From: a virus
IMG/VR virus record: IMGVR_UViG_3300029258_005088
DNA length: 64,000 bases
Direction: 5' to 3' (one strand)
Both the position numbers and the translations under genes were made by a program. Positions 7,585 through 17,359 of the stretch are shown piece by piece. The notes under the pieces were generated by a model. It had not been told where the DNA came from. It did no database searches and saw only the letters and a program-made list of their open reading frames with translations. Position 1 is the first letter of the stretch, and each line of letters begins with the position of its first letter.

Positions 7585-10500
7585 CTATCCGATGTTGAAG
7601 CTACCGCTGTTCCGGACACCGTAATCGCCCCAGAGCTCGTAGTACTCGTCAGGCAGCCACGAATCCAGTCGGCCGGTCTCTTGGTTCCAGAACACTCCGG
7701 AGTATTGAACAGGATGGAAATACCAGCCGTACTCCCCGGTGACCGCATCTCTGCGCCAGTCCGCGAAGTACTCCTTGTATCCCTCCCACTCTCCGGTGGC
7801 GGGGTCCGACAGTCTGTCTCCTCGTACGTCTCCGAACTCGTCCAGAATGTCCAGGCCGGAAACTATTCTCAGGTTGGGGTCGTCGACGTACCAACGATCG
7901 CCGTCCTGAGCGCCTTCCACGAGGTGGTTCCAGAGGCTCTCCGCCTCTTCGTCTATCAGCCTGGTGGCGAAGATAGCTACCTCGTCCAGAGTGGCGTCCA
8001 GATAGTAATCCGACTGTCCCACGGGATTCGGAGGAACGGGATAGAACGGAATGCCGCTGCTACTGGATTCCTCCATGATGGGAGGATCTTCCTGAGAGGA
8101 GCTGCCGACGTCGAACGTCCGTCCGATGTTCATCGGGGCCCAGTCTCCGACACGGCCATCGCTCATCAGATACGGCATGTTTCCACGGTATTCGTCCTGT
8201 TGTACGTAAGCGGATACCTCTTCGCCGTCGATGAATATCTGAGGGGCCCCATTGTAATAATGCTTGGACCAGCTGACGGTGATCTGGTGGAAGCCGTCGG
8301 TATCCGTTATGGCGTCTTCCGATATGGCTACGAACTCCTCTATGCCGGCTTCCCTGTTCGATACCGTGGTAAGCGAAGTGACCTCGGCGGACTTGGGATG
8401 AGGATCGGCGACGGGAGTGCTGTCCGGATTGGGTTTCTCCGCACTCGGCAAATACTCGTCGTAGAAATGCAGCGCCGACGGAGGATCAGCGTCGGGATCG
8501 TTCATGACGTACCAACTCTCCGGAACGAAGGGTTGGTTGTCGTCCGTCCACCACATCGCGTTGACCGCATCGGTTCCCTTTCCGAGGAACCATCCGAACC
8601 ATCCGCTGTCCGGATGCGTGTTCTGGTAGATGCAGTATGCTGGATTGGATGCCTTGCGATAGACCGGCCTGCCGTTCACGGTCCACGTCAGAGGATACGG
8701 CGTGAGCACGGGGGTGTCCCCATATCCGTAGTAGTCCTCGAACCACTGACTCGGTGGTATGATGTCGGTCTGTCCGGGATGCCATTCCGCGAAGAAGTAG
8801 TTCTCTTCGTGGTTCGTTCCCTTGCCTATGAACCATGCGGCCCAACCGGGCTCCCACGGAGAATAGTCGCGATAGATGTAATAGTCCGGGTTGGCTCTGT
8901 TCTGCCATATCGTCTTTCCGCTGCCGCCTTGCAACTGCGGGTAGTTGAATATCTTCGACGATGGTCCCGGATCCGCTCCGAGGGACGACACGTAGAAGCT
9001 CAACGGGAACTCGTCGTCGTTGAACACCGCCCAGTACATGTTGGCCGGCTCGATGGTCTCGAAGATTCCGAGAACCCACTGTGCATAGGATTCCGAAGCA
9101 TCTACGTAAAGCTCGAGGTCGGGGTTCTCGGTATTGCGCCATATCGGCTGACCGGCTCCCTGCCACTTCGTGATCTGTATGAGGCCGTTGTCGTAGAACT
9201 CCTCAGACCTGCGGGCTCGTATGGTATCGTCCTGGAATCCGAGATACTGCATGGTCAGCCAGGTGATGGGCGGCTGAGCGTGCTTCATACGGTAACTGTA
9301 GTAAAAGCCGTTGTTGTAGTCGGCGTCAAGACCGAGTATCCAACCATCCCAGCTGTCGCCGGCATGGAACATCGTGTAATCCCTGTCGAGAGCTACCTTT
9401 CTCCATACACCGAACGTGCCCTGATTGGAGGTGACGCTCCAGGTCATGTCCGTGGAGGGGTCCGGGGCTCCCGCTCCAAGGATCGCGTCCTTGGCGGCGG
9501 TCCAGTACTCTTCCGGTACGTAGACGCCGTTGAAGTCGATGTCCAGAGCTCCCGAGCTGGAGCTCTCTTCCGACTGGTCTATGGGGAGGCCGTCCTCGTT
9601 GAACAGCTGAGCGTTCTCGACCTTTATGTTCGGGAACGGCAGCGAGGGATCCTCGTATACGACGCGTGCGGTATCCCAGTCATCCTGCGATACGTAGTAG
9701 CCGTCCACTGCTGGGAATCCCGCTCCCTCTATCTGCACGTAAGGGTATGCGAACTCCGGAGTACCGTCGTTACCGTCTATGGAGACGAAGTCGTACCATC
9801 CATTGAGTTCCGCTATGGCACACTCGGATAGCGACACGGCGCCGTACTCTCCCCAGCTCTGCTCCTCTTCGGAGTTAGACGAGTTCAGAATCTCGTACCC
9901 TTCCTCGCTGACGTACACCCCGTCGAAATCTCGGATGTTGGCTCCGGAAATCTCGGCATAGTCATAAGGATTGCTGATAAGTTCCGTGGTCCTCTCGACG
10001 ACGGTATCGGCTCCTTTGCCCAGACGCACTTCAACCTGGTCGTTCTCGTTGAAACCGACCCAGTACTGCTTTCCATCGGCCTCGCGCCATTTGCTGAGAA
10101 CCGTCTGCCGGGTTCCTGTGGAGCTGCGCTTGACCGCGAACGTCGCCGCGAACTTGTAGCACACCTCTCCTCCGAACACCTGCATGTTCAGGAAATCGTC
10201 CTGTCCGCAGTCCAGGTAATTGGACTCGGCTCGAACGAATTCGGCTGCATAGGTGATCTCCTGGCTACTGTCCGAGGTGGCCTGCTCGTCGCCGGAACTG
10301 CTTCCGGTCTCTTCCACTGGCTGGTAGATGTAGCCCTTCTTCACGACGCCGGGAACACCGAACGTCGGGAGATTCTCGGTCTGTCTACGGAAGGCGTTGA
10401 ATCCGTAATCACCGGATCCTTCGTCGAAATGCCACAGACCCATGGTAAAGGCATCCGGATCCAGACGACGGCCATAGCCGTTGTTGAATGCATAGGCCTG

Positions 10501-11565
10501 CTCCGCGGCGCTTCTGACCCTGTTGCTGATACGCATCTCGGAGAACAGGGCGTCTATGCCTTGATTGGTCTTGTACTTGTCCCAGTAGTTCCCGATCAGG
10601 AGATTGGACTCGATTCCGTCGTTCGGGAAGACGGTTGCATTCGCGTCGAAGCCGTATACCGGATCCTGCTGGAGGTTGACGGACAGCGTCATTCCAGTGT
10701 CTTCGGACCAGGTAGCCACTACGTAATACCACTCGTCCTTGGTCCACTTGTACTGAGATGACTGAGCGAATCCCCAGTCGGAGAAATCGCACTCCTCGGA
10801 GGGCGTGAACCCCGGATTGAAAACATGCGTGTTGAAGCTCAGCGGGCCGCCCGTTATGGAGCAGGAAGGATCCGCCGGCAACATCTGAAGAGTAAGCTCG
10901 TCGCTGATCCAGCGGTACTCGTCGTTGATGACTAGACGGTTGATCTTGCTGAGAAGACATGCGGATGCCGGATAGGTGGCTCCCTGGTTGGATCTGTCTC
11001 CGCCAAAGATATTTATGGACGGCGACCACCAAAATTCTATCGTCAGTTCTTTCTTCCCGTTGAGAGGGTTCTCGGGATACCGGTGAAGGATGCCAGGTAT
11101 GACGGCAGCGACGTTGTCGAGTATGCCCGATCGAGTGCGTATGCAGCTGTCCCCCTCATCAAGGAAAAAGCCTGGCTGCAGGCCGTCTTCCGCGACGAGC
11201 TGGTGCCATGCTCCCGGGGTTACGCGTGCGGTGAATTGAGAACCGCCGTCGTGTCCGTATATGCTGGAGTCCGCGGCCTGAGGATCTCCGGCCTGCTGCT
11301 CGAACTTCCAGAAGCCCCTTATGGTACGCCAGTGCGGCATTCCTTCTAGACTGTAGAACCAGTCTATCTCGGGCGGCGATAGTCTATAGCCTTTGACGCT
11401 CGGCAGCGCGTAACTACGGTCATACATCTCTCTCAGGAATCGGTCCAGATTCTCTCGAGCGAGATTATACTGATCGTATTCTTCCTGCCCGAACGCACCG
11501 AATTCCGGGAGATAGAAGTGATCATTGACCGTCTTCCTCGGATTGTCTGGATTGCGACGTGTCAT
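7585..11565 (-). CDS. Large adhesin/tail-fibre-like protein with two LamG/concanavalin-like domains, the second interrupted by a ~550-aa repeat insert
   Basis: 1326 aa. LamG-type motifs WYYVVATW...IG...FSEMRISNRVRS, GLWHFDEGSG, FHQITVSW...IFIDG and LDEVAIF. SD GAGGAG. Confidence 0.75.
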   Translation of the reverse strand: MTRRNPDNPRKTVNDHFYLPEFGAFGQEEYDQYNLARENLDRFLREMYDRSYALPSVKGYRLSPPEIDWFYSLEGMPHWRTIRGFWKFEQQAGDPQAADSSIYGHDGGSQFTARVTPGAWHQLVAEDGLQPGFFLDEGDSCIRTRSGILDNVAAVIPGILHRYPENPLNGKKELTIEFWWSPSINIFGGDRSNQGATYPASACLLSKINRLVINDEYRWISDELTLQMLPADPSCSITGGPLSFNTHVFNPGFTPSEECDFSDWGFAQSSQYKWTKDEWYYVVATWSEDTGMTLSVNLQQDPVYGFDANATVFPNDGIESNLLIGNYWDKYKTNQGIDALFSEMRISNRVRSAAEQAYAFNNGYGRRLDPDAFTMGLWHFDEGSGDYGFNAFRRQTENLPTFGVPGVVKKGYIYQPVEETGSSSGDEQATSDSSQEITYAAEFVRAESNYLDCGQDDFLNMQVFGGEVCYKFAATFAVKRSSTGTRQTVLSKWREADGKQYWVGFNENDQVEVRLGKGADTVVERTTELISNPYDYAEISGANIRDFDGVYVSEEGYEILNSSNSEEEQSWGEYGAVSLSECAIAELNGWYDFVSIDGNDGTPEFAYPYVQIEGAGFPAVDGYYVSQDDWDTARVVYEDPSLPFPNIKVENAQLFNEDGLPIDQSEESSSSGALDIDFNGVYVPEEYWTAAKDAILGAGAPDPSTDMTWSVTSNQGTFGVWRKVALDRDYTMFHAGDSWDGWILGLDADYNNGFYYSYRMKHAQPPITWLTMQYLGFQDDTIRARRSEEFYDNGLIQITKWQGAGQPIWRNTENPDLELYVDASESYAQWVLGIFETIEPANMYWAVFNDDEFPLSFYVSSLGADPGPSSKIFNYPQLQGGSGKTIWQNRANPDYYIYRDYSPWEPGWAAWFIGKGTNHEENYFFAEWHPGQTDIIPPSQWFEDYYGYGDTPVLTPYPLTWTVNGRPVYRKASNPAYCIYQNTHPDSGWFGWFLGKGTDAVNAMWWTDDNQPFVPESWYVMNDPDADPPSALHFYDEYLPSAEKPNPDSTPVADPHPKSAEVTSLTTVSNREAGIEEFVAISEDAITDTDGFHQITVSWSKHYYNGAPQIFIDGEEVSAYVQQDEYRGNMPYLMSDGRVGDWAPMNIGRTFDVGSSSQEDPPIMEESSSSGIPFYPVPPNPVGQSDYYLDATLDEVAIFATRLIDEEAESLWNHLVEGAQDGDRWYVDDPNLRIVSGLDILDEFGDVRGDRLSDPATGEWEGYKEYFADWRRDAVTGEYGWYFHPVQYSGVFWNQETGRLDSWLPDEYYELWGDYGVRNSGSFNIG

Positions 11566-11586
11566 TTTCTATTTCTCCTCGAATAC

Positions 11587-11606
11587 TGAATACGCGTATT
11601 CACTTT
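11587..11606. promoter_or_regulatory. Perfect 16-bp palindrome TGAATACGCGTATTCA, part of a 20-bp element identical to 47049-47068
   Basis: Intergenic, between the stop at 11606 and the SD of the LamG gene. Read directly from the sequence; function unknown. Confidence 0.75.
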
Positions 11607-12082
11607 TAGCTGAACCAACCAAAGGTCTGCGCACCTATTTCAACGTCTTGATGCCATGGGGTGACGAACCATCCATGCAAGGCATCACACTTGTTTATGT
11701 CAAGCTCGGCCGGTATACGAACCGCCGACACGGCGGGATCGTTCGGGTAAAAGACCGAGTAAAGAGATGACATCGAATCCACCTGATCCTGCTCCGGCAG
11801 TTCGTGGTCTACGAAGGCATCCCAAATAAAGTACAGTCTGTAGTCGGAAACGCCAAGCGATAAATCACCATCGTAATCGGCACAGTCCAGAACGGGTAGG
11901 TTCTGGACCGTCACCGCGGGATCGTTGGGATATACCAAAGCGTAGAAGGACTCGAGGTCGGCTATCTGCTCCTCCTCGGTCTTGCCCTTGTCCACGAAGG
12001 CGTCCCACAGGAAGTAAAGACGATAGTCCTCGACTCCCAGGCCGCCTCCGTCGAAATCCGATGTACAACACAAAAATGCCAT
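11606..12082 (-). CDS. Protein with two tandem dockerin/EF-hand-like repeats
   Basis: SDFDGGGLGVEDYRLYFLWDAFVD...YPNDPAV and ADYDGDLSLGVSDYRLYFIWDAFVD...YPNDPAV (~61-aa duplication with a DxDGD....xD-type loop). Confidence 0.75.
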   Translation of the reverse strand: MAFLCCTSDFDGGGLGVEDYRLYFLWDAFVDKGKTEEEQIADLESFYALVYPNDPAVTVQNLPVLDCADYDGDLSLGVSDYRLYFIWDAFVDHELPEQDQVDSMSSLYSVFYPNDPAVSAVRIPAELDINKCDALHGWFVTPWHQDVEIGAQTFGWFS

Positions 12083-13509
12083 TAACCGGCCCCGCTGCTA
12101 CTTCCGTAGGAACAGTCCTCGACCGTCATCACGATGTCGTCCAGTCGTATTAAGCTGGCCAGTCCCGCATTTGGGTTCTGGAAATACGGCTGACCACCGC
12201 TCAGGGTGTCGGAAAGTCCGGAGTTATAGGTAAGTACGACGGAGGTAGTTCCCGGGTTGGAGAACTCTCCGAACAATTCTATCGTGGACACTCCATCCTC
12301 AAGACACTCGCGCTTGGGCCACTCGCCTCTGAAGTAGACGCCCGTTATGGTGTTCGGCAGGAGATACTCGACGCTGCTTGAGGATCCTTCCAGATAGAAG
12401 TCCGTCAAGGCGGTCTCCTGATCCAGTGGATGCGGATTGCTTCCAGGAACGTAGTCGTACTCCAGGACTCCTTCATTCGTGTTCATGGCAAGCGTCGGAT
12501 ACAGGAACACCTGCACGGCCTCTATGCAGCAATACTCGCCATTGGCGACCCATAGACCGGGGAACACTTCCTGAGTGCCAAGGACCTGGGATGCGCATAG
12601 CTGAGATTCCGTCAGGACACAGTTCGAAGACGCCTGCTCGGCGAAATCGTCTATCGCTTCCTGCTCCGTGGCTCCCGTTCCGTTGGTCGTACCATATACG
12701 CCTCCGGGACATCCCAGGGCAGTGCATATGTCCACGGCACTGGACGAATATAGAGCGGAGCTGTCTTCCTGAGCCGAGGAGAGCTCAGCCGCGGAGGAAA
12801 ACTCCTCTACGGCCGAGCTGATCTCAACAAGAGAAGACTCTGGTTCTTCGGATGAAATTTCCGGGGCCCCCGATGAAATGAACAGAGCTTCCGATGAAAT
12901 CTCGACTACCTCCGATGAAATCTCGACTACCTCCGACGAAATCTCCACGGCGGAAGACACCTCTGCTATTGCCGAGGAAGCCTCTACGAGGGCTGAGGAT
13001 ACCTCCTCCAACGCGCTGGATATCTCTTCGATGCCTGAGCTGGTCTGAACGAATGCACTGGATATCTCTTCGATGCCGGAGCTGTCCGGAGCGGTGTAGC
13101 TGGAGGCTATTACGGAAGGTTCCTCGGCACTTATCTCGGAAGCGGACGAAGCGGCTTCACAGCCGTTGTCGAAGAAGTAATGAGGTCTGTCCGCTATGTC
13201 CTGGCTGTATACAGAGAGAAGGCTTGCAACGGAATTGACGGGCACGTCCGGCTCGATGAATATCCCTCCTCGGACACGCTTTATCACGGGAAAGGTTCTG
13301 GTCGATTCGTTTGACAGTCTATAGGTGATCTCACCGGAATACTGCCAGCCTGTCTTAGGCGGCCTTTCGCCGACTCTCCTGCCGGTCACCTCGTCTACCC
13401 CTATCTCTATGAAGGAGATGTACGAGTCGACGTCGTACCGATCGAAAGTAGGGGGCTGACATCGATACATGTCTACCCAGTATGCCGTTCTTTGCTTGAT
13501 GACGCCCAT
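12082..13509 (-). CDS. Ser/Glu-repeat and Cys-module virion protein
   Basis: 475 aa; ~140-aa EISS-type heptad tract; module GTG.TE.EA...C...C...YCC; coupled to the next gene at 12082. Confidence 0.85.
   Translation of the reverse strand: MGVIKQRTAYWVDMYRCQPPTFDRYDVDSYISFIEIGVDEVTGRRVGERPPKTGWQYSGEITYRLSNESTRTFPVIKRVRGGIFIEPDVPVNSVASLLSVYSQDIADRPHYFFDNGCEAASSASEISAEEPSVIASSYTAPDSSGIEEISSAFVQTSSGIEEISSALEEVSSALVEASSAIAEVSSAVEISSEVVEISSEVVEISSEALFISSGAPEISSEEPESSLVEISSAVEEFSSAAELSSAQEDSSALYSSSAVDICTALGCPGGVYGTTNGTGATEQEAIDDFAEQASSNCVLTESQLCASQVLGTQEVFPGLWVANGEYCCIEAVQVFLYPTLAMNTNEGVLEYDYVPGSNPHPLDQETALTDFYLEGSSSSVEYLLPNTITGVYFRGEWPKRECLEDGVSTIELFGEFSNPGTTSVVLTYNSGLSDTLSGGQPYFQNPNAGLASLIRLDDIVMTVEDCSYGSSSGAG
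12890..12945 (-). repeat. 21-bp coding tandem repeat (EISSEVV), about 2.6 copies
   Basis: tccgatgaaatctcgactacc repeated in tandem. Confidence 0.85.
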
Positions 13510-13512
13510 ATG

Positions 13513-14247
13513 CTACCTGAAATAATAGATCCGATCCTCGTCTTGACCGTAGACTGGATCGGATAATTCGACTACTTGGAAGTTCTCGATCGGTATCCTC
13601 TGAATATATGCGTTTTCCCGGACGTCGTCCAGTACTTCGGCAACAACACTGTTCATATGGCTCATCGATCGGAACAACATGGCTACGGTACTCGCCCTGT
13701 ACAGTTCCCCCTGGGCGGAAGGGATGAGAGGGAGTACGTCAAGATCGGTCAGGGACGCTACGGATACTAGCGTCCTCGCCGGGAAAATCGTGAACAGAGG
13801 CTCTTCTCCGCTGCTCTCCGCAGAGCTGTCCTCCGGGGCGGGCGTTTCACTGGTATCCGACGACGCCGTAGAGCTGCTTTCCTCCTGTCCCTCGACTTCG
13901 GACTCTTCCGATGGGGACCCCACCGAGCTGCTTCCCTGCTCTTCGACCACGGACTCCTCCGCAGACGAACCTTCGGAAGTGGCGGAGCTTGTCGCATCCT
14001 CGGCCGCTGAGCTGGTCGTCTCTTCCATGGAGCTTCCCGCATCCGAAGATTCCTGGGACTCCGAGCTAGACTCTTCTTGAGGCTCCGCGCTGGAATCCTG
14101 CGGAGGGGCAGGAGGTATGGGAGGGTTGGTCGGAAGATCCTTACACACGAATACGTTGGGGTCCTCGGAACCCGTCGGGGTAACCTCGTAAACAGCCAGA
14201 TAGCTGTGAACCACTCTGTTGTAAACCTTGTATATGGTCAGGTCCAT
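13513..14247 (-). CDS. Virion accessory protein; paralog of 16975-17358 carrying a ~100-aa Ser/Glu insert
   Basis: Shares VFVxxxPxxP ... VASxxDLxxxP ... [FY]R ... FxS with the 127-aa ORF. SD GAGG. Confidence 0.75.
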   Translation of the reverse strand: MDLTIYKVYNRVVHSYLAVYEVTPTGSEDPNVFVCKDLPTNPPIPPAPPQDSSAEPQEESSSESQESSDAGSSMEETTSSAAEDATSSATSEGSSAEESVVEEQGSSSVGSPSEESEVEGQEESSSTASSDTSETPAPEDSSAESSGEEPLFTIFPARTLVSVASLTDLDVLPLIPSAQGELYRASTVAMLFRSMSHMNSVVAEVLDDVRENAYIQRIPIENFQVVELSDPVYGQDEDRIYYFR

Positions 14248-14254
14248 TTAGTCC

Positions 14255-16975
14255 TCAACACGTTGTAGAAGTTACGGAAGGCGCAGGGAACAGCCCATCG
14301 AGAGCATCCCAGGAAGCTCCTGACGGCGGAGTGGGAGTGTCCTGGAAAGAGGCCTCGTAATAGAACGGGTAATCTCTGTATCCATAATCTATTATCCATG
14401 CAGGTCCTACGGGATCCCAGTAGATGGCCCATTGGCTGTCGACCTGCTGGACGTACTGCGGGCGTCCGTTCCTCGTACCGTTCTCGCAATAAGTCCCGTC
14501 GCATCCCGTCTCGCCGGCTCCCGATACCGTGTACCCGGCACCTCCACCGCCTCCGCCCTCGGCGGATGAGCTGGTCTCTTCCTGCTGGCTGCTTGTCTCG
14601 ACTGCGGAAGAGGTCTCGACTGCGGAAGAGGTCTCGACTGCGGAAGACACCTCTTCCAATCCATCATCTATCTTGAATTCCGCCTCGAAAGTCCATGTCT
14701 GAGATATGCTTCCGGACACACCGTTCCATCTGTAATATCTATAATAACCAACATTGGCGGAAAGGTCGAATACGAAGGGGTTGGCGCTTCCTCCCTGAGG
14801 ATCGCCTATGTCCGTCCAGTCCGATCCGTTGTTCGATCCCTGCACCTGCCATGTTCCGAAGTCGAAAGCGAACTCCCTTGTCACTCGTATCTCAGATATA
14901 TATCTCGGCTTTCCGAAGTCGAATTGCACGTATCCGGAAACGGAGCCACTGGGCCAGTAGAAGTCGGATGCAGTGCCCCCGTTTAAGAGATTGTTGACGT
15001 CGCCCGAAGCTGGCTGCGTGGTGGTAGCCGTTATCGTAGATTGTCTGTCACCCGTGCCTCCCGGATTCGAGTAGGACGTCGGAGGAGGAACGAATGGCTC
15101 CGACGCGGAGGACTGAGCCTCCTGGGCGGAGCTGATAGCGGCATCCATGGAACTGACTTCCTCGGCGGTCATACTACGCATACTGGAGATCTCTGCGGGA
15201 CTGCTTGTCTCTTCCGGAGGCGGGCTGGGAGATACGTTTCTCGTTGCGGCCAGCGCCAGGTTGTCTCCGAAACTTGCCACCGTCGTGACCACACCCGTAG
15301 ACGGGTTTATCTTGACGAGATCTGCTGTGGCGGATCCCGTGACGAGGTTTCCGTAGAGCTCGTTGTTGTAATTGCACATGTCTCTCATGTTACCGGATGG
15401 CGACGTTGCTACAGGTGTTCCGAGAGTGGCCGTGGCAAGCGTGATGGGATAGATATTGTTGGATACCGAGTAATACGCCGATCCATCATCCATGACCGCC
15501 ATTCCTTGGCCCTGGCCTGCCGTAAGGGATCCTACCAGCGTCTTGGAAGCATCCGAGAGATCCAGGCTGTACAGGACGTTGCCGCTGCTGTGCTGGTTTC
15601 CAGTGGCGATGTAGGCGTTTCCATCGTTGTCTATGACCAGTATAAGTACGTAATCACCAAGGTTTCCTATATAAGTTCCTACGCCTGTGTCTCGATTTAT
15701 TTCCCAAAGGCCGCAGTTGGCGGGATCATTTGACTCAGCCATGTACAGCTTGCCCGTAGTGGGATCCAAAGCCATCGATCTTATGTAAGCGGAGCCGGAG
15801 GCGCCCAACAGAGTCGTGCCCCCTGTTGCTGCATCTACGGTGTAGACGTCTCCTGCCGTATTCCCGGTATACATCACTGGGACGAACGGCTCTGCGCTTG
15901 ACTCCGCACCCTCCTCGGAACTAATCCCCTCTTCCGCGCTGGATATCTCGCCTATTCCGGAGGACGTCTCCTGAAGGCTTGATACTTCCGCTGGCGAAGA
16001 TACTTCCGTGGGTGAGGAAACTTCCGTGGGTGAGGAAACTTCCGTGGGTGAGGATACCTCTGCGGCACTGGATACTTCTACTCCGGAGGACACTTCCTGC
16101 AGACTGGATATCTCTACTGGAGACGATATCTCTGCCGGTGAGGATACCTCGTCCGCACTGGATTCCTCCATGGGAGTGTCTCCGCAGCAGGCGATGGCCT
16201 CGGCGAACAACGCCTGTCCGAAGGGACCGCCGGCATCATACTCGGTGTATATCTGGGTGACGAACTGCTCGAGATAAAGCCCCATGTCCTGGCAGGACGA
16301 GCTGGCCCGCTCCAGTAGATCGGCGAGATCGGTCACCGTAGTCACGACGGATGGTATGGCATCTGGAACGCCGTTGTCTATACAGGTCGTTATCGGAAAC
16401 GTGCTGAGGCACTGCGTGAAGAATACCTGAGTCTCTCCGGGAAGCCATTGAAGATCTCTGAAGTAAGTGCCCGGCAACGGACTGTCTCCGCCTTCCACGA
16501 CGCCGAGCAGTATCCTCGGAGCCGCCTGCAGAGGATACAGCGTCCCTCTCACCAGATCACCGGACACCAGCCCGTCGGATATGCTTCCGATATCCGCCGC
16601 CTTGGTTATCTTCCAGGCAAGTATCGTGTCAGGGCTGCCGGCATCCGGGTAAATCGCTACGTACGGATGATCTATGGTATCGCCTGGCTGAACGTATCCG
16701 GTCATCTCGGATACGGGGACGTTCGCGGCAACCATGAAAGAGGTGTCGTCTCGTATTCCCTGCCATATCGGATATCCGTTGAAGAAGCTCGTCGTCCTCT
16801 CGTAATCCTGAACGCCGTGCTCGTAGTCTGAGTCGTATATCAGATTGACGGACTCAAGTGCGCCGGATGAGCCCTCCCCTTCTCCGTAGGATATCGCCGT
16901 GGTCTGCGTTCGTATCGTCGACAGCTCGGGGGCTTGCTGATCATACCTTCTTATAAACTGCCATAGATGTTCCAT
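14255..16975 (-). CDS. Multidomain fibre/adhesin: beta-propeller-like repeats, F5/8 type C (discoidin/CBM32)-like domain, C-terminal NGRPxY module, Ser/Glu linkers (906 aa)
   Basis: Start corrected to MEHLWQ at 16975 (TAATG coupling). Propeller-like blades (SMALDPTTGKLY, LWEINRDTG, LYSLDLSD, LVKINPSTG); SYSNPGGTGDR...QFDFG...WQVQGSNNGSDWTD...YRYYR. Confidence 0.75.
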   Translation of the reverse strand: MEHLWQFIRRYDQQAPELSTIRTQTTAISYGEGEGSSGALESVNLIYDSDYEHGVQDYERTTSFFNGYPIWQGIRDDTSFMVAANVPVSEMTGYVQPGDTIDHPYVAIYPDAGSPDTILAWKITKAADIGSISDGLVSGDLVRGTLYPLQAAPRILLGVVEGGDSPLPGTYFRDLQWLPGETQVFFTQCLSTFPITTCIDNGVPDAIPSVVTTVTDLADLLERASSSCQDMGLYLEQFVTQIYTEYDAGGPFGQALFAEAIACCGDTPMEESSADEVSSPAEISSPVEISSLQEVSSGVEVSSAAEVSSPTEVSSPTEVSSPTEVSSPAEVSSLQETSSGIGEISSAEEGISSEEGAESSAEPFVPVMYTGNTAGDVYTVDAATGGTTLLGASGSAYIRSMALDPTTGKLYMAESNDPANCGLWEINRDTGVGTYIGNLGDYVLILVIDNDGNAYIATGNQHSSGNVLYSLDLSDASKTLVGSLTAGQGQGMAVMDDGSAYYSVSNNIYPITLATATLGTPVATSPSGNMRDMCNYNNELYGNLVTGSATADLVKINPSTGVVTTVASFGDNLALAATRNVSPSPPPEETSSPAEISSMRSMTAEEVSSMDAAISSAQEAQSSASEPFVPPPTSYSNPGGTGDRQSTITATTTQPASGDVNNLLNGGTASDFYWPSGSVSGYVQFDFGKPRYISEIRVTREFAFDFGTWQVQGSNNGSDWTDIGDPQGGSANPFVFDLSANVGYYRYYRWNGVSGSISQTWTFEAEFKIDDGLEEVSSAVETSSAVETSSAVETSSQQEETSSSAEGGGGGGAGYTVSGAGETGCDGTYCENGTRNGRPQYVQQVDSQWAIYWDPVGPAWIIDYGYRDYPFYYEASFQDTPTPPSGASWDALDGLFPAPSVTSTTC
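14595..14648 (-). repeat. 18-bp coding tandem repeat x3 (SSAVET)
   Basis: gtctcgactgcggaaga[g/c] x3. Confidence 0.9.
16002..16055 (-). repeat. 18-bp coding tandem repeat x3 (EVSSPT)
   Basis: acttccgtgggtgagga[a/t] x3, within a longer degenerate E[IV]SS hexad array. Confidence 0.9.
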
Positions 16976-17358
16976 TATGCTTCCACCACGATTATTTCCA
17001 CCGGAGGCAGTTCGTTTATACGGGCGACGTCCTCGATGGTATGCTGGACCGACCACAGGATCCTTTGCCAGTTCTCCTCAAGAATGGCCTTGCTGTCGAA
17101 AACCAGATCGAAGAAGTACTGTCTGAAGAACGGGGTCTTGTCGTCTGGAGCTTCCGCTGGATATTCCTGAAGATCCGCATAACTGGCTACGTGAACGAAG
17201 ATGTCTTGAAGCTCCGTATCCAGAGGAACGAGGGGGATTCTCTGGTAGACGAAGACCTGGGCCGGTATGTTGTTCGTCGTCTCGGATACCCAGACACGGA
17301 GCCGTTGACGGAAGTCATCCGTCTGGGTTAGCTTCTTCGACAACTTTATACTGGCCAT
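16975..17358 (-). CDS. Small hypothetical virion protein (paralog of 13513-14247)
   Basis: 127 aa; tiles between its neighbours; motif similarity as noted above. Confidence 0.8.
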   Translation of the reverse strand: MASIKLSKKLTQTDDFRQRLRVWVSETTNNIPAQVFVYQRIPLVPLDTELQDIFVHVASYADLQEYPAEAPDDKTPFFRQYFFDLVFDSKAILEENWQRILWSVQHTIEDVARINELPPVEIIVVEA

Positions 17359-17359
17359 T

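Noticed and set aside
3913-9831. Long plus-strand ORFs (3913-5565, 7426-9831; likewise 41958-43466 and many shorter ones)
   Set aside because: They are antisense shadows of GC3-biased minus-strand genes, with no SD, no recognisable motifs and no coupling to neighbours.
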